Below are positions 58,960 through 64,000 of a stretch of DNA of 64,000 bases, one piece after another. The notes below the pieces were generated by a model. The model saw only the letters and a list, made by a program, of their open reading frames with translations. It had not been told where the DNA came from and searched no databases. Each line of letters starts with the position of its first letter. Position 1 is the stretch's first letter. The position numbers and the translations under genes are program-made. Source of the stretch: Octopus sinensis (lineage: Eukaryota); contig NC_042998.1 in assembly GCF_006345805.1 (NCBI RefSeq), positions 100,936,001 through 101,000,000 on the forward strand, read 5' to 3'.

Positions 58960-59230
58960 GAGATCGATGAGATTAATGTTCCTCTAGAACTATTGCAAAT
59001 TGGTAGCTGCAGGAAGAATATGGACAGGGAAGGAATTTTAGAGACAGACGCTGTGAGAAAAAAAAGGGCTGAGCGTAGTGGTAAATGAAGGACCGGGCGC
59101 GAGAAATGGGTAGGAAAAATATGGGTGACGAGGGGACGTGTGAGTAGGGATTGTCTGAGTGGATGTGACCTGAGTCCAGCCAGCTCCAGGAAGCAGTCGC
59201 CACTGTTGTAGTGATAGAAAAGACAGTGAG
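58960..59230 (-). mobile_element. L2/Crack-like LINE 3' fragment
   Basis: Frameshifted YH..SG.C..ELAGL, HPYF, PFFSHSVCL*NSFPVHILPAATNLQ, resembling L2-group C-termini. Confidence 0.5.
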
Positions 59231-59959
59231 AGATTGTGGTTCAGCGGTTGGAGAATATTGGGGGAATTAATTTCAGTCAGTCGGCCGGATTTTTCTTTTA
59301 GGATGCAGTCAACGTTGTCAATGTAACAACAACACCAGATGTTCTAGATGGAGTTTCAACACTCTCTTGTTAATCTCAGTTTCTCAATTGAGTTACGGAG
59401 TTACGTTGAGTGTCAGTAGTTGATGCTGGGTGGATTTCAAGTATTTTCTGACTCTGAAGAGAAACACCAATCTTTCAGCTGTAGTCTTAGCTATGCAGAG
59501 GATCTTCATTTACCAGGAGAGACACTCCAGGCATTTGCAACGGTCTTGAGGATTCAAGTTGCATGTTGTTAATTTCCAATGGGGAGTGTTGGGTAGGTAT
59601 TGTTTTCTTGATATATATGTATAGTGATTGTTTCTTTGTGCTGTTCAATGCACTGTGTCTAAGGAAAAAAAATCTACAATGTACTTCTCTTACCTCTTGT
59701 ACAGTACTACTACAGCATAGTCGGACATTCTAGACTTGAACCTCTCCGAAAAACCACTCGACTAATAGAAATGAAGTCACTCCTCAATGCACTCTAGCAT
59801 TAGATCACAGATATGTCTCCTATCTTTACCTTTTCCATGCTCCTGGCAGCTGGTAGTCTCTTTTTTCCAATGTGTACAAAGGAAATCGGTATTTAGTGGT
59901 AGCTACAGTTCTGGTGTCACTAAGAAAGTAACCCGAATCTTTGAAATGTAACGATGCTT

Positions 59960-60330
59960 CCTGCTTCAAATACAAGTTTCACTCACGAATGCGCTATTTC
60001 CATTGGCTCACAGACGTTTCTTCTCTCTATGTTACAATTACAACGAATTCACCTAATCGGAGTCATTAGCTCCATATCCCCAACACCCAAGCTCATGCAC
60101 ACTAATATCTCTTCTTTTCGTGACCTTGATGTGTCTCACCATAATAGAAAAAAACTTCTCAATTCTTTTCTTTCCTCAGAACATCATCTATCTCTTAATA
60201 TTTCCTAGGATGATTTTTTTGGGTCTTTAAATGCAAATGCCGTCCAACAGATGTTCAAAATAAATGTTAGCCTCATTGCACTCACTAGTCTTGTGAGCCG
60301 GCTACGATATTCGTACTTTCCTGAATAACT
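59960..60330 (+). mobile_element. Degenerate L2-like LINE 3' fragment
   Basis: LAHRR..SL..YNYN and NSF.FLRTSSI.N remnants across frames. Confidence 0.4.
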
Positions 60331-60819
60331 GACACAGAAACAAAAAAGAATTCCTACTACAATCGGATGATATTTTATTTATTGCATAACAAGAGGTGAA
60401 AGGACAGCACTCTCTTTTCTTGGTCTCTGGAACAGATTGGTTGGAGATCTAGACTTGAAAACTTTTGCAACAGAGTCACCCAAGCACCAAGTCATGATAT
60501 TTCAACATGTGATGGATTAAGTCTTGTTCTAACAAAAAGAGCAGCCACTCTGACAGGCTCCCATATAGTCCCCATCTACTGAATTTCACTCATAAAGCTT
60601 TGATCAACCTGAATAATGATAAATAACACTTGTCTTGTGTGATGCGCAGTAGTAACGTACCCAAAGTCATATAATTTCGAAGCAAACTGCTTGACCATCA
60701 AACCATGCCTTGAAAAATGAGAAGAGACTGCTTTATTATTTCTAAATTCCATTTATTTTCTAATTCTTTTATTCTTCCGACGTTTTCACTTATTCGAATC
60801 CAGCCATGTTAGGGTTACA

Positions 60820-60983
<164 letters not shown>

Positions 60984-61379
60984 AGAAAGTTTCAGGTTTG
61001 AGATAAAAAGACAATAACAAAATTTACATAGAACTTGATGCAAATATATAGGGTAATCTATGCGAATTACAGATGATCCACTTTGGTTTCTAAATATTTC
61101 TTGCTTCACGGTTGAATGAACAAAGACATGATCGGATCTTTTGAAGGTATTTCATGAGGCTACGGATTTGTTCATTCAATTACGCCACAATGGCTCATCT
61201 GCAATTTGTATTTGTTTGTTTGTTTGTTTCTGTCTTCCCTCTCTCTCTCTGTATACACACGTACACGACGGGAGTCAGTATATAGTGTCCACAGTAATCA
61301 CAGTTAAGAACTAAAAGATTTTCTACATGCTCTCTCCCTCTCTCTCTCCCTGTCTGCGACACACACACACACACACGCA

Positions 61380-61704
61380 CACATGCATGCATAGTACATA
61401 CATACATGCTTGGATAATACATACATACATACATACATGCATACATACATACATAACATACATACATACATACATACATACATACATACATGCATGCGTA
61501 CATACATACATACTTACATACATACATCCATACATATATATATATAACGGGAAGCTTTATGAAAATAAACAAAATATATACATAGATACATACATACATG
61601 CATGGATACATACATACATATATACATACATACATACATGCATGCATGCATGCATACATACATACATACATACATACATACATACATACATCATACATAC
61701 ATAC

Positions 61705-61737
<33 letters not shown>

Positions 61738-61865
61738 TACATACATAGATATATATATATATGTATATATACATAGATACATACATAGATACATACATAC
61801 ATGCATGGATACATACATACATACATACATACATACATACATACATACATACATACATACATACG
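61380..61865. repeat. (CATA)n microsatellite field
   Basis: Directly visible; a further (TATG)n tract lies at 63655-63770. Confidence 0.95.
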
Positions 61866-62014
61866 TAAACTGTATTCTAGCTAAAGAGGGGACCCGAATA
61901 TCATTATCCGACCCTCCAGAAATAGCAGCTCAGTTTCTTTCTAATCGTAATCTACCATCTTAAAAGGGAAGGAAACATTGAACTATCATTTTTATAGATT
62001 TGCTCTTTTATTCG

Positions 62015-62414
62015 TTTACTTGTTTCAGGCATTAGACTGCGGCCATGCTGGGGCACCGTCTTGAAATTTTAGCTGAATGAATCGACCCCCAGTATTTATA
62101 ATTTTGAGCCTGGTACTTATCCTGTCGGTCACTTTTGACGAACCGCTAAGTTACGCGGACGCAAACACACTAACACCGGTTGTCAAGCGGTGGCAGGGGC
62201 GCAAACACAGACACAAAGACACACACACGTAGATATACATATATATATATGTACACGACGGGTTTCTTTCAGTTTCCGTCTACCAAATCCACTCACAAGA
62301 CTTTGGTCGGTCCGAGGCTATGGTAGAAGACACTTGCCTAAGGTGCCATGCAGTGGGACTGAACTCGGAATCATGTGGTTGGGAAGCAAGCATCTTACCA
62401 CACAGTCAGGCCTG
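62015..62414 (-). mobile_element. CORE-type tRNA SINE (family B)
   Basis: Full-length reverse-orientation copy. Confidence 0.88.
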
Positions 62415-62440
62415 TTCGCAAATATAAAATCTTGCTCTAG

Positions 62441-62845
62441 AGGCGCAGGAGTGGCTATGTGGTAAGTAGCTTGCTTACTAACCACATGGTTCCGAGTTCA
62501 GTCTCACTGCGTGACACATTGGGCAAGTGTCTTCTACTAAGGCCCCGGGCCGACGAAAGCCTTGTGAGTGGATTTGGTAGACGGAAACTGAAAGAAGCTC
62601 GTCGTACACACACACACACACATGTATGTATGTATGTATATATGTATGTATGTATATGTTTGTGTGTCTGTGTTTGCCCCCACCATCATTTGACAACCGT
62701 TGTTGGTGTGTTTATGTTTCGATAGAATAAGTACTAGGCTTACAAAGAATAAGTCTTGGGGTCGATTTGTTCCACTAAAGGCGGTGCTTCAGCATGGCCG
62801 CAGTGAGATGCCTGAAACAAATAGAATAAAATAAAATAAAATGAA
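62441..62845 (+). mobile_element. CORE-type tRNA SINE (family B)
   Basis: aggcgcaggagtggctatgtggtaag...cctgaaacaaatagaataaaataaa, with a small internal deletion near 62716. Confidence 0.88.
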
Positions 62846-63859
62846 AAGATAAATATTTCATTTTGTCATCTGGAACGTCAGTGGCAGTTAGATCAGTTGA
62901 GTGTACAGTTAGCTTTCGTCAACGTTTACTTCTTTTGTGAGGTAAAACATTGGGTCGTAGTTAAGTTTGCAACAGAGATATTCATGAAACAAGTTTGAAA
63001 AACTAAAAAAAAGAAATAAAAAATAACGGAAGTCATAATATATATTAAAAAATTGTTTGTGACGTGTACAGCGAAATCGGGAACGAATATTTGCATGTTT
63101 AGTCTAAACACGTCCAGGCAGGTTCAAACGCAAAATATCTTTGTCGCTGTAGTGTAAAGAGAATAACTTTCTCTTCTTACGACAATACTGTGTTCAACTC
63201 GGCTGATTGTCGCACGGCATTCTGGGACACTAATGTTTCGACATATTGCGTCTTATCAGTCAGAAGTAGCCAGAATTCTGAACCTAAGCGAAGCCGTTGG
63301 TTTTGTTTCTATTTTCCACCTGATCTGGTCAGTGATATTATTTGCCAACCGATAAAAAGTTATTGTTTGCATTGTGTACAGCGAGATCTAGACCGACATT
63401 TGCATATTTATTTTTAATACGTCTTGGTTAGCTCAAATGCAAAATAGGCTAGTCGCTATAATTTATACCATAGGAAAATAACTTCTTTTTAGAAAAGAAA
63501 ATGGCAGTCTCCATAGTATTTTTATACGTTTATTTTTGTCAACAAGAAAAAACCGAAGCGAACTAGTATTTTTTAAAGAAAATATCTATTTTTTCCCCCG
63601 AGAAAACTAGAAACGTACTGTACTTCAGGCTGGTTACAGTAGATGAAACTTCTGGTTGTATGTACATGTATGTATGTATGCATGTATGTATGTATGTATG
63701 TATGTATGTATGTATGTATGTATGTATGTATGTATGTATGTATGTATGTATGTATGTTTGTATGTATGTCTTAATAGATTCAAAATAAATTTTCTTGAAG
63801 CGCGAGTAAAATTGATCAAAATCACGAAACATTACCCTTACATTCTACTAGATTGAAGA

Positions 63860-64000
63860 TCGAGGCTATTAATGGACCGAAGGTGGAGAATGGGTGGACA
63901 TAATAAGGGTGACGAGGATTTAAGACATACAAAACGGCATTACTGGAGTGAATGTAGCACAAGATCAGCCAGCTCTCAGGAACAGAGCCTACCGTCATGG
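63860..64000 (-). mobile_element. L2/Crack-like LINE 3' fragment, runs off the window end
   Basis: ELADLV and cacccttattatg remnants; similar to 59100-59215. Confidence 0.45.

Overview
AT-rich, repeat-dense eukaryotic DNA, most likely from an octopus or related coleoid cephalopod. This is inferred from the repeat families and the C2H2 gene, not proven. There is one clear host gene: an uninterrupted 7.6-kb ORF (19453-27078, +) encoding a 2541-aa protein with about 27 C2H2 zinc fingers. The fingers sit in seven widely spaced clusters that all repeat the same finger triplet, with an almost invariant FANPSN(L/M)xRH middle finger. The rest is mostly transposon debris: RTE, CR1, L2-like, R4/Dong-like and Penelope retroelements, mariner elements and MITEs, Helitrons, at least four tRNA-derived SINE families, and long microsatellites. 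The most unusual signal is a set of Penelope-type minimal hammerhead ribozyme (HHR) motifs, at least six with recognisable cores plus degenerate ones. Several lie in fold-back elements that carry a hammerhead on each strand (17715-18324, 54345-54576). Another family, present twice (37810-39028, 42600-43066), is built of two head-to-head units, each a tRNA-derived Pol III head, an (AAT)n linker and a hammerhead tail. A CpG-poor domain (~4.5-46.3 kb) suggests a long methylated gene body. Remnants of an old ~5-kb tandem duplication lie at the right end. There are no prokaryotic features and no CRISPR array. Repeat boundaries were read by eye and are approximate.
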